A DNA stretch of 64,000 nt, taken from the NCBI GenBank assembly GCA_046754245.1, contig JBHHVL010000007.1, positions 3,981 to 67,980 of the forward strand, given 5' to 3'. The position numbers and the translations under genes were made by a program. Origin of the DNA: Candidatus Binatia bacterium (GTDB lineage Bacteria; Desulfobacterota; Binatia; UBA1149). Shown one piece after another: positions 9,795-19,478 of the stretch; positions within the stretch are counted from its first letter, which is position 1; each line of letters starts with the position of its first letter. The notes under the pieces were generated by a model. That model had not been told where the DNA came from and did no database searches. It worked only from the letters and a program-made list of their open reading frames with translations.

Positions 9795-9817
9795 TCGCAA
9801 GCCGCGACTTGACCCCC
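9795..9817. repeat. 23-bp palindromic repeat copy 2 (GTCGCAAGCCGCGACTTGACCCC)
   Basis: Perfect reverse complement of copy 1. Extended unit is CAAGTCGC-AAGCC-GCGACTTG (8-bp stem) followed by ACCCCCTTGG. Confidence 0.8.
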
Positions 9818-9828
9818 TTGGCGACCGT

Positions 9829-9851
9829 CGCAAGCCGCGACTTGACCCCCT
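9829..9851. repeat. 23-bp palindromic repeat copy 3, in tandem with copy 2 (34-bp period)
   Basis: Identical 23-mer followed by the same CTTGG tail. Lies about 40 bp downstream of the lepB stop. Confidence 0.8.
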
Positions 9852-9891
9852 TGGGACCCCTCGGCTCGGTTCGCTCGCCGGCTCGTGCCCG

Positions 9892-10542
9892 TCAAAGAAC
9901 GCGATCGCCGATGCGTTTCCAGCGCGGGCTAAAAGCGTGGGCGTCCCAGGACCAGTAGAGTACGAAGGCCTTGCCGAGAATCTGGTCAATCGGAACCGTT
10001 CCCCAGAAGCGGCTGTCGTGGCTTGAATCCCGGTTGTCCCCCATTACGAACACCTCCCCCTCGGGGATCTTGATGGGACCGAAGTTGTCCCTCTGGCTAC
10101 GCCGCCGCGGGAGGCTCTGGTCCCCGTAGAACGCGAAGGGGTCCGGGATTTTCTCGCCGTTGATGTAGACCTGCTTGTCACGAATCTCCAGTGTTTCACC
10201 CGGCAGTCCGATAACACGCTTGATGAAGTCCTTGGACTTGTCTTTGGGGTAGATGAATACGACCACATCGTCCCGTTCGGGAGTGTGAAAATCAAGTATC
10301 CTGCCACCAACAAAAGGAACGCGAAGCCCGTAGAGGAACTTGTTTACCAGCAGGTGGTCGCCGATCTGGAGGGTAGGCAGCATGGAGCCGCTCGGGATCT
10401 TGAACGCTTGAACGACAAACGCACGGATGAATAACGCGAGTAGGATCGCGACCGCGAGAGCCTCGGCGTACTCCCGCCAGGTCGACGTCTCCTGCTTGCC
10501 CTCCGCCGCACCTTTCCTTGTCAGCTTCTTCGACTCTTCCAT
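9892..10542 (-). CDS. lepB: signal peptidase I
   Basis: ...IPSGSMLPTLQIGDHLLVNKF...GDNRDSSHDSRFWG... S26 peptidase motifs. Immediately downstream of lepA. Confidence 0.9.
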   Translation of the reverse strand: MEESKKLTRKGAAEGKQETSTWREYAEALAVAILLALFIRAFVVQAFKIPSGSMLPTLQIGDHLLVNKFLYGLRVPFVGGRILDFHTPERDDVVVFIYPKDKSKDFIKRVIGLPGETLEIRDKQVYINGEKIPDPFAFYGDQSLPRRRSQRDNFGPIKIPEGEVFVMGDNRDSSHDSRFWGTVPIDQILGKAFVLYWSWDAHAFSPRWKRIGDRVL

Positions 10543-12339
10543 CTAATCACCCACCTTGAGAACCGCGCGGAAAGCCTCTTGGGGAATTTCTACGCTCCCT
10601 ACCCGCTTCATCCTCTTTTTCCCTTCTTTCTGCTTCTCAAGCAACTTACGTTTTCGTGTAATATCTCCGCCGTAGCACTTCGCGGTAACGTTCTTGCGCA
10701 TAGCCTTGACCGTCTCTCTGGCAATGACGCGACTGCCAACCGCCGCCTGAATAACTACCTCGAACATCTGACGAGGTATGAGTTCCTTCATCTTGCAGGC
10801 GAGTTCTCGACCAAAGTAATAGGCGCGGTCACCGTGACAGATCACCGAGAGGGCGTCTACTCGGTCACCGTTGATGAGGAGATCCAGCTTCACGAGTTTG
10901 GCCACACGAAAATCCAACGCTTCGTAGTCCAGAGAGGCATAGCCACGAGACACCGATTTCAACCGGTCGTAGTAGTCGTAGACGATCTCGGCCAGCGGTA
11001 TGTCGTAGCTCACTATCGCCCGGCCCTCCCCCCTAAAACTCAGCCCGGTCTGCTCTCCACGTTTCTCCTCACACAGCGCCAGCACTCCGCCGAGATAGGC
11101 GGTCGGGACGTGAATGGTAGCGGCTACGAAGGGTTCAGACACGCTCTCTATATCGCCGGCATCCGGCAACAGCGCGGGACAGTCTATCTCTTCTTCCCTC
11201 CCGTCCTTGAGTCTGACCCGGTAGGCCACCGTCGGCGCGGTCGTAATGAGTTCCAGACCGAACTCTCGTTCCAAGCGTTCCTGAGTAATCTCTATATGAA
11301 GAAGTCCAAGAAACCCGCAACGAAACCCAAACCCGAGGGCGAGCGAACTTTCGGGCTCGTAAGAGAAAGAGGAGTCGTTCAGCTTCAGCTTCTCTATGGC
11401 ATCCCGAAGCCCCTCGTACTGGCCGCTGTCAATTGGGTACAGTCCGGCAAAGACCATCGGTTTGACGGCGTGAAAACCCGGCAACGGCTCGTCGCAACCA
11501 CCCACACCCAGCGTGAGGGTATCCCCTACTTCGGCCTCGTCGATGTTTTTTATTCCGGCCGCTACGAAACCGACGTCGCCGGCCCTCAGCCCCGGCACCT
11601 CCACGGGCGCCGGAGAAAAGGCGCCGACCCTGGTCACCTCGTACTGCTGCTTGGACTGCATCATCCTTATCTTGTCGCCTTTCTTGAGGGCGCCGGCCAC
11701 CACGCGGACGAGTACTACCACCCCGTGGTAGGGATCAAACCAGCTGTCAAAGATCAGGGCTTTGAGAGGACCCTCCTCCTGTTTCGGCGGGGGAATACGC
11801 TCTACCAGAACGTCGAGTAACGTGTCCACGCCCTGCCCGGTTTTCGCGCTGATCTCGAGGGCGTCGGACGCGTCGAGCCCGATCAGCTCTTCGATCTGGG
11901 CCCTTACTCTCGCCGGGTCCGCGCTGGCGAGGTCGATCTTGTTGACCACCGGAATGATCTCCAGATCGTGATCCAGTGCGAGATAGACGTTGGCGAGGGT
12001 CTGGGCTTCCACCCCCTGGGTCGCGTCAACGACCAGAAGGGCTCCTTCGCAGGCGGCCAGAGAACGCGACACCTCGTAACTGAAATCCACGTGTCCCGGC
12101 GTGTCGATGAGATTGAGCTCGTAACGTTCCCCGTCGGCGTGTCGGTGATAGAGGCGAACCGCCCGGGCCTTGATCGTTATGCCCCGTTCACGTTCCAGAT
12201 CCATGTCGTCGAGCAACTGCTCCGCCATGTCCCGAGAGGAAACCGTCCCTGTAGTTTCAAGAATACGATCGGCGAGGGTGGATTTCCCGTGGTCAATGTG
12301 CGCGATGATGCAAAAATTACGAATAAGAGGATCGTTCAT
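10543..12339 (-). CDS. lepA: translation elongation factor 4
   Basis: [25 protein letters not shown]...[16 protein letters not shown]...NKIDL... with the canonical LepA C-terminus. Confidence 0.95.
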   Translation of the reverse strand: MNDPLIRNFCIIAHIDHGKSTLADRILETTGTVSSRDMAEQLLDDMDLERERGITIKARAVRLYHRHADGERYELNLIDTPGHVDFSYEVSRSLAACEGALLVVDATQGVEAQTLANVYLALDHDLEIIPVVNKIDLASADPARVRAQIEELIGLDASDALEISAKTGQGVDTLLDVLVERIPPPKQEEGPLKALIFDSWFDPYHGVVVLVRVVAGALKKGDKIRMMQSKQQYEVTRVGAFSPAPVEVPGLRAGDVGFVAAGIKNIDEAEVGDTLTLGVGGCDEPLPGFHAVKPMVFAGLYPIDSGQYEGLRDAIEKLKLNDSSFSYEPESSLALGFGFRCGFLGLLHIEITQERLEREFGLELITTAPTVAYRVRLKDGREEEIDCPALLPDAGDIESVSEPFVAATIHVPTAYLGGVLALCEEKRGEQTGLSFRGEGRAIVSYDIPLAEIVYDYYDRLKSVSRGYASLDYEALDFRVAKLVKLDLLINGDRVDALSVICHGDRAYYFGRELACKMKELIPRQMFEVVIQAAVGSRVIARETVKAMRKNVTAKCYGGDITRKRKLLEKQKEGKKRMKRVGSVEIPQEAFRAVLKVGD

Positions 12340-12384
12340 GGCTGGCTCTGCAGCCGGGCCGGGAACCCGGGAAACTGGTTGCGC

Positions 12385-13305
12385 TCAGATACGAGATCGA
12401 AAAAAATCGACCGTCTCCGCGAGCCCCACCGTCAGCGAAGTGCGTGGCTCCCAATTCAAAACCTTCGCGGCGAGAGAAGCATCAAGTACCGAGCGCCTTA
12501 CCTCGCCGTCTCGAGCCTCGCCATGAACCGCGACCCCTTTACCGCCTATGAGCCCCCTGAGCAGTTCGCTCAACTCGAGAACGTTGGTCTCCTTGCCGGT
12601 ACCGATGTTGACTCCCCCGTCGTAACCCGCCTCCAGGCAGGCCATGTTGGCCCTCACCACGTCGCCAACGAACACGTAGTCACGGGTTTGCTCACCGTCA
12701 CCAAAGATCATCACGTCCTCGTCGCGGAGGAGTTTTTCGCAGAATATCGCTATCACGCCGGCTTCGCCGTGTGGATCTTGGCGCGGTCCGTAGACGTTCG
12801 CGTAGCGAAGAGCGGTGTACGCGACCCCCCGGCAGAGCGCGTAGTAGTGTAGGTAGTGCTCCCCGGAGAGCTTGCTCACGCCGTAGGGACAAACGGGATG
12901 GAGAGGCTGTCCCTCGTCACAGGGCAAGACTTCGGGGTCACCGTAGACCGTTCCTCCCGACGACGCGAATATAACCCTCCTGGTGCCCGCTCGGCGGGCG
13001 GCCTCGACGACGTTTACGAGACCCAGGACGTTCACGCTGGCGTCGAAGATCGGCTGCTCCACGGATACCCGCACGTTGATCTGCGCGGCGTGGTGGCTGA
13101 TGAAGTCGGGTTTCTCCGACACGATCAGGTTGGCGACCTCCTCCGACCTGATGTCGAGCTCTTCGAAACTGGCTTCCTCAGGAACGTTCGTAAGGTGCCC
13201 GCTCGAGAGGTCGTCGACGACCAGCACTTCGTGACCAGCTTCGACGCAGGCCTGGGCGATATGGGAACCGATGAATCCGGCACCGCCCGTGACTAATATC
13301 TTCAC
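12385..13305 (-). CDS. NAD-dependent nucleotide-sugar 4-epimerase (GalE / UDP-xylose 4-epimerase-like)
   Basis: [15 protein letters not shown]...YGVSK... SDR extended family with the YxxxK motif. GTG start. Confidence 0.85.
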   Translation of the reverse strand: MKILVTGGAGFIGSHIAQACVEAGHEVLVVDDLSSGHLTNVPEEASFEELDIRSEEVANLIVSEKPDFISHHAAQINVRVSVEQPIFDASVNVLGLVNVVEAARRAGTRRVIFASSGGTVYGDPEVLPCDEGQPLHPVCPYGVSKLSGEHYLHYYALCRGVAYTALRYANVYGPRQDPHGEAGVIAIFCEKLLRDEDVMIFGDGEQTRDYVFVGDVVRANMACLEAGYDGGVNIGTGKETNVLELSELLRGLIGGKGVAVHGEARDGEVRRSVLDASLAAKVLNWEPRTSLTVGLAETVDFFRSRI

Positions 13306-13368
13306 GCTATCCTATTACCCCGCTTACCCGTCGGTGTTCTCTGGGACGGCAACGTAGGCTGCCGCGAC

Positions 13369-14307
13369 TCAGACACCGAGGCGTCTCCTGAAATAGTCCA
13401 CCGTCTCGGACAGCCCCTGTTCAAGAGGCACCTGCGGTTCCCAGCCCAGCGACTGCTTGGCCCTGGTGATATCGGGCTGTCTCACCTTCGGATCGTCTTC
13501 TGGCAGCTCTTCGTAGACTATGCGCGAATCGGAACCCGACAGATCCCTGATGGTGACTGCGAATTGTCCTATCGTCATTTCTCGCGGGTTCCCGAGGTTC
13601 ACCGGGCCCCCGTCATCCGACCACAACAGCCTCACGAGGCCTTCCACGAGGTCGCTCACGAAACAGAAGCTTCGAGTCTGGCTGCCGTCACCGTATACCG
13701 TAATGTCCTCACCGGTGAGCGCCTGGCAGATGAAGTTCGGCACCACCCGTCCGTCTCGCATCCGCATCCTCGGCCCGTAGGTATTGAAAATACGGGCGAT
13801 ACGGGTGTCTACCCCATGGCTGCGATGGTAGGCCAGCGTCATCGCCTCCATGAACCTCTTGGCCTCATCGTACACGCCCCTCGGACCGACGGGGTTGACG
13901 TTCCCCCAGTACTCTTCCCTCTGCGGATGTATCAAGGGATCGCCGTACACCTCGGAGGTGGACGCCACCAGAATCCGCGCGTCTTTCGCCTTCGCCAGCC
14001 CCAAGGCCTTGTGGGTGCCGAGCGAGCCAACCTTGAGGGTCTGAATCGGCAGCTCGAGATAATCCACCGGACTGGCCGGAGAGGCAAAGTGCATGATGAC
14101 GTCCAGCGGACCAGCGACGTAGACGTAGTTGGTGATGTCTTGCTCGAGAAAGGTGAACTTCGGGTTCTCCAGAAGCGAAGCGATGTTCTCGATGTCGCCG
14201 GTGAGTAGATTGTCCACCGCGACGACTTCGTGGTCGTCGGCCAGAAACCGCTCGCACAGGTGCGACCCTATGAAACCCGCGCCCCCGGTAACCAGGATCC
14301 TCGCCAT
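13369..14307 (-). CDS. UDP-glucuronate decarboxylase (UDP-xylose synthase)
   Basis: [21 protein letters not shown]...[10 protein letters not shown]...YDEAKR... is highly similar to UXS / ArnA decarboxylase-domain proteins. Confidence 0.85.
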   Translation of the reverse strand: MARILVTGGAGFIGSHLCERFLADDHEVVAVDNLLTGDIENIASLLENPKFTFLEQDITNYVYVAGPLDVIMHFASPASPVDYLELPIQTLKVGSLGTHKALGLAKAKDARILVASTSEVYGDPLIHPQREEYWGNVNPVGPRGVYDEAKRFMEAMTLAYHRSHGVDTRIARIFNTYGPRMRMRDGRVVPNFICQALTGEDITVYGDGSQTRSFCFVSDLVEGLVRLLWSDDGGPVNLGNPREMTIGQFAVTIRDLSGSDSRIVYEELPEDDPKVRQPDITRAKQSLGWEPQVPLEQGLSETVDYFRRRLGV

Positions 14308-14327
14308 CGCCCCACACCCCCTTGTCT

Positions 14328-15641
14328 CTAATGGGTCACCGGAGGGCGGCCGATCGCAAAGTAGTTGAATCCCAACTTGGCCATCTCCCCCGGCTCCCAG
14401 AGGTTTCGCCCGTCAAAGATCACCGGCTCTTTGAGTTTTCGACGCACCCTTTCAAAGTCCGGCCGGCGAAATTCGTTCCACTCGGTTACCACCAACAGGG
14501 CGTCGGCTCCATCGAGGGCCTCGTAGTTATGGCGATGGTACTGCACCCTGTCGCCAAATACCCGTTCGGCGTTTTCTATCGCTTCGGGGTCGTGAACACT
14601 CACCGTCGCGCCGGCAGCCAGCAGATCCTCGATCAGCCCCAACGCCGGCGCCTCTCGTATGTCGTCCGTACGAGCCTTGAAAGCGAGGCCCCAGATCGCG
14701 AAGTGACGCTCGCTGAGATCGCCATCGTAGTAGGCGGCCACCTTCTCGAACAGACGGCGTTTCTGCCTGTCGTTGACCTCATCGACCGCCGAAAGCAGGC
14801 GGAAATCGAGTCCTTGTTGACGGGCCGTGTGAATGATGGACCGCACGTCTTTAGGGAAGCACGATCCGCCGTACCCGAGACCGGCGTAAAGAAAGCTCAT
14901 CCCCAGCCTCGCATCCAACCCGACGCCCCGTCTAACGAATGAAACGTCGGCGCCCACCGCTTCACAGAGGTTTGCGATCTCGTTGATGAACGAGATCTTG
15001 GTCGCCAGCAGCGCGTTAGCGGCGTACTTGACCATCTCCGCGCTGGCGTTGTCCATGATGAGTACCGGAGCGCCGCTGCGCACGAACGGAGCGTATAGCT
15101 CTCGCATGACCTCGACCGACTTCTCACTGCTGCAGCCCAGGACGACACGATCAGGTTTAAGAAAATCGTCGATCGCCGCGCCCTCTTTCATGAACTCGGG
15201 GTTCGACACCACGTCAAAGGGATGGTCCGATCGGGCCGCAATGATCTCCTGCACCTTGGCGTGGGTGCCAACCGGCACCGTGCTCTTGCAAACGATTACG
15301 CGATAGCCATCCATAAGGTCGCCGATATCCTCGGCAACCTTGCAGACGTATCGCAGGTCAGACGAACCATCCTCCCCTTGCGGGGTACCCACGGCTATGA
15401 AACAGACCATAGCGTGGCGGACGGCACCGGGCAGGTCGGTAGAGAACGACAGTCTTCCCTCGGATACGTTACGCTTGATGAGTTCTGCCAATCCAGGCTC
15501 GTAGATAGGCACACGCCCCTGTCGAAGCGCGTCAACCTTCGCCTGATCCACGTCGACACATATCACGTCGTTGCCACTTTCGGCGAAGCAGGTGCCAGCG
15601 ACAAGGCCGACGTAACCCGTGCCAATGATCGCGAGTTTCAC
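14328..15641 (-). CDS. ugd: UDP-glucose 6-dehydrogenase
   Basis: [14 protein letters not shown]...GGSCFPKD... UDPG/MGDP dehydrogenase family. GTG start with a GGAGG RBS. Confidence 0.9.
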   Translation of the reverse strand: MKLAIIGTGYVGLVAGTCFAESGNDVICVDVDQAKVDALRQGRVPIYEPGLAELIKRNVSEGRLSFSTDLPGAVRHAMVCFIAVGTPQGEDGSSDLRYVCKVAEDIGDLMDGYRVIVCKSTVPVGTHAKVQEIIAARSDHPFDVVSNPEFMKEGAAIDDFLKPDRVVLGCSSEKSVEVMRELYAPFVRSGAPVLIMDNASAEMVKYAANALLATKISFINEIANLCEAVGADVSFVRRGVGLDARLGMSFLYAGLGYGGSCFPKDVRSIIHTARQQGLDFRLLSAVDEVNDRQKRRLFEKVAAYYDGDLSERHFAIWGLAFKARTDDIREAPALGLIEDLLAAGATVSVHDPEAIENAERVFGDRVQYHRHNYEALDGADALLVVTEWNEFRRPDFERVRRKLKEPVIFDGRNLWEPGEMAKLGFNYFAIGRPPVTH

Positions 15642-15739
15642 TCTGAGACCTCCAATCTACACTTCGACATAGGATAGAGCCGTAACCGTTTACAATATAC
15701 GTTCGGCCAGGCGCGTCCACCTCTCCACCGAATTCCCGG

Positions 15740-16732
15740 TCAGTCCGCTACCACGGCTAGCCTGCCGGCATCGGCCTCGTTCCGGTCCTGGGACGGTGGA
15801 AGATCCTCCGCAACCACGTATACCGGCTTGTCCTGACTCTCGTGATAGGTACGAGCGAGCATCTCGGCCAACAGGCCGATGGTTACGAACTGGACCCCGG
15901 TAACGACGAGAAGTATGGCGAACAGGACTATGGGACGGCTGCCAAGTTCCACCCCCATGAAGACCTTCTGGATACCCAGCCAACCCAGCAGCAGGGAACC
16001 AGGTACACCCATGACAAGGCCTACGAGGCCGAACACGTGAAGAGGACGGGTAGCGAATACCGACAGGAACTTCACCGTCATCAGGTCCAGAACGACCCTG
16101 ACCGCTCTCGAGATACCGTATTTTGATTCTCCTCTCACGCGGGGGCGATGGTTGACCTTTACCTCTGCGACCGAGGCGCCCAGATCCCAAGCGATCGCGG
16201 GAATGAATCTGTGCATCTCACCGTAAAGCCGCAAGCTCCGCGCGATATCGCCCGTGTATACCTTGAGCATACACCCGTAGTCATGAATGCGAACGTTCGT
16301 GGCCAAGCGGATGAAGTAGTTAGCTACGAGCGAAGGGATACGGCGAAGTACCAGGGTGTCTTGACGCTTCTTGCGCCACCCACTCACGACGTCGTAGCCT
16401 TCCTCCATCTTCTCGAGCAATCGAGGGATGTCTCGAGGATCGTTCTGAAGATCAGCGTCCATGGTAATGACAACGCCGCCCTTACTGTTGCGCAAGCCCG
16501 CGGCGATCGCCGCGGTTTGACCAAAATTACGTCTGAAACGCACAACCCGCACGTGGGCATCGCCGGCGTGAATGTCTTTCAACAGTTCCATCGATCCGTC
16601 GGACGAGCCGTCGTCGACGTAGATGATCTCGTAACTGCCACCCAGCTCCCTCATCACGCCTGTGATCTCGACGTGAAGTGGTTCGAGGTTTTCTCTTTCG
16701 TTATAAACAGGAATGATCAGTGAGTAGTCCAC
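15740..16732 (-). CDS. family-2 glycosyltransferase, polyprenyl-phosphate sugar synthase type (GtrB / ArnC / DPM1-like)
   Basis: IIPVYNEREN...YVDDGSSDGS...TMDADLQNDP... plus two C-terminal transmembrane helices. Confidence 0.85.
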   Translation of the reverse strand: MDYSLIIPVYNERENLEPLHVEITGVMRELGGSYEIIYVDDGSSDGSMELLKDIHAGDAHVRVVRFRRNFGQTAAIAAGLRNSKGGVVITMDADLQNDPRDIPRLLEKMEEGYDVVSGWRKKRQDTLVLRRIPSLVANYFIRLATNVRIHDYGCMLKVYTGDIARSLRLYGEMHRFIPAIAWDLGASVAEVKVNHRPRVRGESKYGISRAVRVVLDLMTVKFLSVFATRPLHVFGLVGLVMGVPGSLLLGWLGIQKVFMGVELGSRPIVLFAILLVVTGVQFVTIGLLAEMLARTYHESQDKPVYVVAEDLPPSQDRNEADAGRLAVVAD

Positions 16733-16734
16733 GG

Positions 16735-17655
16735 TTAGCCCTCCTCCGAATGGAAATCCGTCAGAGCCATGAATTGCTTGAAGCGTTCGTCGACTTCTTC
16801 CCTATCGAGCGTGCGAAGCCGATTGAGGCCGAAATCCTCTACGACGAAAGAGGCGACCACGCTTCCGTATACTATCGCACGCCGAAGGGTCTTACCTGTC
16901 AACTCCTCGGTCTCGGCGAGGCAACCGAAGAGTCCCCCGGCGAAACAGTCCCCGGCGCCGGTCGGATCGGTGACGGTCTCGAGAGGGAAAGCCGGCACGG
17001 CGAAAATATCGTCTCGAGTAAACTGCAAGGCACCATACTCGCCGCGCTTGACGAGCAGAATCTCCGGTCCCATATCCAGAATCACGCGCGCCGCCCGCAC
17101 CAAATTGGTCTCGCCGGAAAGTAGAAAAGCCTCTGAATCGTTGATGCTCAGGAGATGGACGTTTCCGAGCAATGCCGCCAGTCCACTCCCCTCTTCGACT
17201 ATCCAGTGATCCATCGTGTCAGCACCGATGAACGACGCCGAACCCAGCTGCGACAGCACGTCCGCCTGGAGCGAAGGGATTATGTTCGCCAGGAATACGA
17301 ACTCACTGTCCCGATAAGCCGCCGGGAGTACCGGCCGGAATTTTTCGAAGACGTTGAGCTGAAGATCCAGCGTATCGCGAACGTTCATGTCGCGATGGTA
17401 GCGCCCGCTCCAGCGAAAGGTCTCGCCGTCCACTACCGAAAGGCCGTCCAGATCTATGCCCCGCGACGCCAGGAACTCGCGTTCCGCGGCCGGAAAATCC
17501 TGCCCGACGACGGCGACCATGTTTACGGGGGCGAACAAACTCGCCGCGACGGCGAAGTACGAACAGGATCCACCCAAGACACCGGTCGCGCTGCCGGCGG
17601 GTGTCTCGATGGAGTCGAACGCGACAGAGCCTACGACGCACACCTGATTGCTCAA
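16735..17655 (-). CDS. PfkB-family carbohydrate/nucleoside kinase
   Basis: Ribokinase-like fold: ...GGSCSYFAVAAS... and DPTGAGDCFAGG anion-hole motif. TTG start (GGAGG RBS) overlaps the mtnP stop as TTGA. Confidence 0.8.
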   Translation of the reverse strand: MSNQVCVVGSVAFDSIETPAGSATGVLGGSCSYFAVAASLFAPVNMVAVVGQDFPAAEREFLASRGIDLDGLSVVDGETFRWSGRYHRDMNVRDTLDLQLNVFEKFRPVLPAAYRDSEFVFLANIIPSLQADVLSQLGSASFIGADTMDHWIVEEGSGLAALLGNVHLLSINDSEAFLLSGETNLVRAARVILDMGPEILLVKRGEYGALQFTRDDIFAVPAFPLETVTDPTGAGDCFAGGLFGCLAETEELTGKTLRRAIVYGSVVASFVVEDFGLNRLRTLDREEVDERFKQFMALTDFHSEEG

Positions 17656-18539
17656 TCCTCGCCTCCTACGTTGAGTACCCGTTGGAGTATAGGCGCGAGT
17701 TTCTCCAGTCGGTCGCTCGGTATAAGTTTCCTGTCAGTAACCACCGCGTTGTCCAGCGCGCGTCCGCACGCGCATTCGCGAGACCGTTCAACAACTGCCG
17801 CGGCCTCCTTCACAACACGGCGTGCCATCTGCGAATTAGCTGATAATATCCGTATTATCTGCTCCGCGTCTACCCCTTCCTCGCCATCACGCCACGAGTC
17901 ATAATCGGTAACCAGCGCGAGCGTCGCGAAACACATCTCCGCCTCTCGTGCGAGTCGGGCCTCGGGAAGGTTGGTCATGCCGATGACCTCGCCCCCCCAG
18001 CTGCGGTACATTCGCGATTCCGCCCGCGTAGAAAACTGAGGTCCTTCGATGCATACGTAGGTACCCCCGCGGTGAACCGAGCCCCCGCAGTTGTCTGCGG
18101 CGGCGGCCAGCTGCCGCGACAGCTGCGCGCATACCGGATCAGCGAAGGAGACGTGCACGACCAGGCCGTCGCCGAAGAAAGTCGAGGGCCGGCCTATCGT
18201 GCGATCGATGAACTGGTCCGGAACCACGAGGTCGCCTGGCACGAAGCTCTCCTTGAGACTGCCTACCGCGGAAACGGCTATCACCGCTCGAGCACCAAGC
18301 TTCTTTAGAGCGTAGATATTCGCCCTGAAGTTCAACTCACCGGGGATGATGCCGTGGCCCCGGCCATGACGGGGCAGGAAAGCGACGGAGGTACCGGACA
18401 AACGTCCGACGACGATCGCGTCCGAGGGAGGGCCAAAAGGCGTGTCGACGGTCACCTCTTCGGGTTGTTCGAGCGCTTCCATGTCGTAGAGACCGGTGCC
18501 GCCGATAACGCCGAGAAACACTTCTTGTCTCACTGCCAC
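17652..18539 (-). CDS. mtnP: S-methyl-5'-thioadenosine phosphorylase
   Basis: ...LGVIGGTGLY...FLPRHGRGH...GMTNLPEARLAREAEMCFATLALVTDYD... PNP/MTAP family. GTG start. Confidence 0.85.
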   Translation of the reverse strand: MAVRQEVFLGVIGGTGLYDMEALEQPEEVTVDTPFGPPSDAIVVGRLSGTSVAFLPRHGRGHGIIPGELNFRANIYALKKLGARAVIAVSAVGSLKESFVPGDLVVPDQFIDRTIGRPSTFFGDGLVVHVSFADPVCAQLSRQLAAAADNCGGSVHRGGTYVCIEGPQFSTRAESRMYRSWGGEVIGMTNLPEARLAREAEMCFATLALVTDYDSWRDGEEGVDAEQIIRILSANSQMARRVVKEAAAVVERSRECACGRALDNAVVTDRKLIPSDRLEKLAPILQRVLNVGGED

Positions 18540-18542
18540 TCC

Positions 18543-19478
18543 CTACCCGGAAATGAACCGCAGTTTCGGACCACCCTCGAGGCGCAGTTCTTCGACGGGA
18601 TCCAGTATGTCGCCGTTGATGGTGAAGGCTTGTGGGCTCGCGAACCGGACGACTACCCGCGCACCCATGTTATCGTACATCTGCTCCAGCCCTGAGGGGA
18701 ACCCGCGAAAGAAACGCCACAGCTTGCCCAACATGGCGCCCGCCGTACAACAGCCGGCGAGCAGGTGGAAGTGGCCTCGCTTACGCGAACTCATGTAGAA
18801 GGGCTTGATGCCCAATCCCACGTGACTGATGGTCGACGCAAGAAGCATGTTGAACGACCTCAGAGGAACCCTTTCTCCGTCACACTCCACGTCGGCCTCG
18901 AAACTGGCCACGACCCCGGTAATCAAAGACGTGCCAACAAGGTTGGAAAAGAAAAGACGTGCCAACAAGCCGAAAGCGCTCAGCGGACCCGGGTTCTTGG
19001 TGCTGTAATACTGCCTCAGGAAGTTCACGACCAGACCGGCACCGACCAGGTAGCCGTAGTCATGTTCGTTGACCTTGAGGAGTTCGCGCAGTACCACTTC
19101 ATGGGTGTGCCCGCTGCGGTAATCACGCACGACGTGAGAGAGCATCGATTCGGCCTTCCTACGTCTTGCCCCAATAGATCGAGAGAGGTTGTTGATCGTC
19201 CCACCCCGCAGAGGCAACAACAGCGGCATCTCGGCTTCCCCCCACAAGGCCAGGGCCCGTGTGAGGGTGCGGTACATGCTCCCGTCGCCGCCACATACCG
19301 CGAGGATGTCAATATCACAATCATGAAATCGCAGCAGGGCCTGTTCCAGCTCCGCGATGTCGCCAGTCGCGACGACTTCGCCGTCGGTGCCCACCAGGTC
19401 AGAAAAACGTTTCATCCTCTGCGCGTGCTCGCGGTTGCCCCGAGCGTGCGGGTTAACGATCACACCGATACCGGCCAT
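18543..19478 (-). CDS. DAGK_cat-domain lipid kinase (YegS / BmrU-like)
   Basis: [15 protein letters not shown]...ILAVCGGDGS...GGTINNL... diacylglycerol-kinase catalytic-domain motifs. True start is the internal ATG at 19478; the 163-aa N-terminal extension in the ORF track overlaps rlmN and is spurious. Confidence 0.7.
   Translation of the reverse strand: MAGIGVIVNPHARGNREHAQRMKRFSDLVGTDGEVVATGDIAELEQALLRFHDCDIDILAVCGGDGSMYRTLTRALALWGEAEMPLLLPLRGGTINNLSRSIGARRRKAESMLSHVVRDYRSGHTHEVVLRELLKVNEHDYGYLVGAGLVVNFLRQYYSTKNPGPLSAFGLLARLFFSNLVGTSLITGVVASFEADVECDGERVPLRSFNMLLASTISHVGLGIKPFYMSSRKRGHFHLLAGCCTAGAMLGKLWRFFRGFPSGLEQMYDNMGARVVVRFASPQAFTINGDILDPVEELRLEGGPKLRFISG

Noticed and set aside
9795-9851. 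Possible mini-CRISPR array
   Set aside because: Only two direct copies separated by about 6 bp, which is no spacer-sized unit. The third copy is inverted and no cas genes are nearby.
9573-9989. ORFs 9573-9989 (minus) and 9725-9958 (plus) with internal amino-acid repeats (PRGSSRGLR x2, VASRDLTPL x2)
   Set aside because: The peptide repeats are simply translations of the 23/28-bp DNA repeat in two frames. There is no RBS or domain evidence; they are treated as non-coding repeat DNA.
10579-11820. 413-aa plus-strand ORF
   Set aside because: Entirely antisense to lepA with no domain signal. Long antisense ORFs are expected in high-GC DNA. The same applies to 24032-25585 (antisense sdhA), 34020-35714 (antisense valS) and 11968-12852.
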